Source: Chiloscyllium plagiosum
Taxonomy: Eukaryota
Assembly (NCBI RefSeq): GCF_004010195.1
Contig: NC_057751.1
Coordinates: 6,018,997-6,082,996, forward strand
Length of the DNA: 64,000 nt
Direction of reading: 5' to 3'
Shown here one piece after another: positions 61,801-64,000 of the stretch (position 1 is its first letter; each line of letters begins with the position of its first letter). The notes under the pieces are model-generated. The model was not told the DNA's origin, ran no database searches, and worked only from the letters and a program-made list of their open reading frames with translations. The position numbers and the translations under genes are program-made.

Positions 61801-62160
61801 TTCACATGTGGCTGCTGTGCAGCACAGCAAGGCGGAGATTAGTTTTACTTTCCTGAACTGCGTGAGCTGTTTTTTTCCTGCATTTTTGCACTTTTTGCCT
61901 CAGGTCTTGTCAATCACAGAGCTGGATTTCAAGACAAAAAGCAATGGCTAGTGAGGTGAGTTATTGGCAGCTCACCGTGTCCATTTTTGCTGTGAAAACC
62001 TGTGCTGATTTGCTGCTCTCACGAGCTTAATGCAACAAAGCAGCCTCGTCTCCATTTCCAATCGTTATGTTTCTGCCCAGATTGGCAGAGCAGCTTTGCT
62101 GCTTCTGAGAGTCCATACTGCCCCAAATTAGCAAAGTGTGAAAGAAAACAGAGATGTGCA
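58810..62160 (-). mobile_element. Possible ancient Harbinger/PIF-type DNA transposon relic
   Basis: Minus strand near 61020-61070 gives GFQKP../QCTFVPISS (cf. GFPxVxGAIDCTHVxIxAP) and ESHD near 60850 (cf. GSxHD). Terminal similarity is only weak. Confidence 0.25.
60355..60710 (+). mobile_element. tRNA-derived SINE with LINE-derived tail
   Basis: Degenerate A box (GGCAATGGCC..), B box GGTTCTAATCC and tail TAGGGATGGGAAATTAATGCTGGCCTAGCCAGC..ATGAATAATAAAA. Confidence 0.75.
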
Positions 62161-62234
62161 AAGCTAGATCTCTAATGCTGAAAAATGCTGCACATTTTCT
62201 TTCCTTGCAGTGATTTCTGTGTCTTAGCAGGCCT

Positions 62235-62950
62235 GCTACTTCGTGAAATTATTGAATAATGCAGTTCAGAAGGAAGTCATTCTGTCCGTTGTGCCCGCGC
62301 TGCCTCTTGGAGCTATCCGATTCAATTCACTCCTCCGTGTTCTTTCCCCACAGTCCTGCACATCTTTTTCCTTCACGTATTTATTCAGTTAATGATTAAA
62401 TATTACAAATGAACCAGCTTTTGCCAGTTTTTAAGACAATGCATTCCAATTCACAACAAATCACATAAGTAAAAAGAATGGTCCCGAATGTCACCTCTGG
62501 TTTCTTCTGTCAATCAGCTGACTGACCTTTGCCTCTTGCCCCTGGATATGGATTATTTCTAATTGTTCCATTAGAGCCCCTAGTATTTTTGAACAGTTCT
62601 ATGAAATCTCTCCTTAAGCTTTCTGCTCTGAGGAGAACAAGACCAGTTCCCAACCTCTGCAAAGTCTTTCACTCCAGTACCGATCCCGTAAATTTTCAAC
62701 GCACTCTCTCAAAGATCTTCAAGTTTTTTTCTGAAGGCTGGTGCACCAAATTTGACACAACAGTACAGTTGGTACCAAACCAGTGCTTTATAAATATTTA
62801 GTGTTTGCTCCTTGCCTTTGTAGTCTACAGCATTGTTTATAAAGCCCAGGATCCCTTTGCCTTTTCAAAAGTCTTCTTGGTTTGTTATGCTATTTTCAAA
62901 GACTTCCATGCTTACACCTCAACATGTCTCTCTCCTTGCATCACAGTTTG
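62235..62950 (-). mobile_element. Old CR1 3' relic
   Basis: GCATTCCA, CCTCTGGTT, TCTCCTTAAGCTTTCTGCTCTGAGGAGAACA, GCACTCTCTC and AGCCCAGGATCCC are reverse-strand CR1 landmarks. Confidence 0.6.
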
Positions 62951-64000
62951 TTCAATGACCATAAAATTCAGCATGTTTATGACAATGGTTCAGCCAGGTG
63001 TTCCATTCACTTGTGTTATCAAGGGGTGCAGAAAGTTGGACATTGGGATTTCATCCCTATTGTCAGGAGCTAAACTAAGTTATTGCAGCAGTTTTAGTAT
63101 TTTGAGGACAAAACTGCCTTGTAGCCAGCAAAAAATGATACCATTTGGTTTTTTTTCAGCTGACACAAAGGCATATTATAACTGAATGCAACAGGGGAGC
63201 CAAACAATGGAGAAGATGACAAAGTCAGAGGAAAATTGTTATTGTTGTCAGAAACAAAACAGTCAGGGAAAATAGGACCAAAAAATTCATTCTGATATTA
63301 AACATCGACTCTGCAGAATAAATTATTTATGGCACAAATAAAATATTAATGCAGTAAAAATGAATAGTCTGAGTTCTCAACGTTGCTTATCTTTTATTCA
63401 AATTAGTGAAACATTCAGATCTTCCCAGAACCAAATTAAATCTGGTTTGGAAGTCACTCAGAAAAAAAAAAGATATCCTGCCTTGATCATTTTGTTTCGT
63501 GATAAACTCCTTTGTCAATATTTGGTACAAACTCTTTAAATTGGAAAATAATTTATACATCTTTAAATGTGCATTAAATGCTTCGTACCATATGATAATA
63601 CTGAAACATATTGATTATTAGAAAAAATACCATCTCATGACATGATGAAGTATTCATCCATTCTCATATTACTTTTCAATGCAAAACATTTTGGCACATT
63701 CTATTTCTATGTTTAATTCATCGTCACAATGTTTATTCTTTTATACTGGTCCCTAATATAAGCAATTGCACACAGATTGCTGCTCATAGAATAAACAGTT
63801 CACACATATAACTCACACTCTCTTCTCCCAAACATTTATTATTTATTATCATACTTTTTTTTCATTTTGTATCTTTTTCTCACTTACTGTTGTGTATTAT
63901 TCATTTTGGTGCACATTATTTGATACTTTGCATGACACTTTCATTTTATTAACTGCTGTATTGTTGCTCAGATTGGACAAAATGCAAACTGTGCCTCCCA

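Overview
This is eukaryotic, transposon-saturated non-coding DNA with two ~1-kb N gaps and one 20-nt gap. The repeat set (CR1/HER1-type LINEs, HE1/V-SINE-like and Deu-domain SINEs, Rex1/Babar, RTE, L2, L1, Penelope-like elements, solo LTRs) points to a cartilaginous fish, probably a shark; that is an inference. I could not identify a host protein-coding gene with confidence. The ORFs I could assign to a known protein family are decayed retroelement fragments, and the longest ORFs are N-gap artefacts. Highlights: (i) at least 12 minimal hammerhead-ribozyme-like motifs in the terminal repeats of three Penelope-like families, several with intact cores, including a 254-bp head-to-head palindromic double-ribozyme insertion; (ii) two Penelope insertions sharing the target CAACCAAT; (iii) an L1 retaining both ends, with a YY1-type 5' terminus; (iv) a CR1 insertion with an inversion and a 128-bp duplication inside a solo LTR; (v) a 66-nt retroposon tail flanked by a 123-bp direct duplication. 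Family assignments come from recognising motifs by eye, not database searches, and boundaries without TSDs are approximate.
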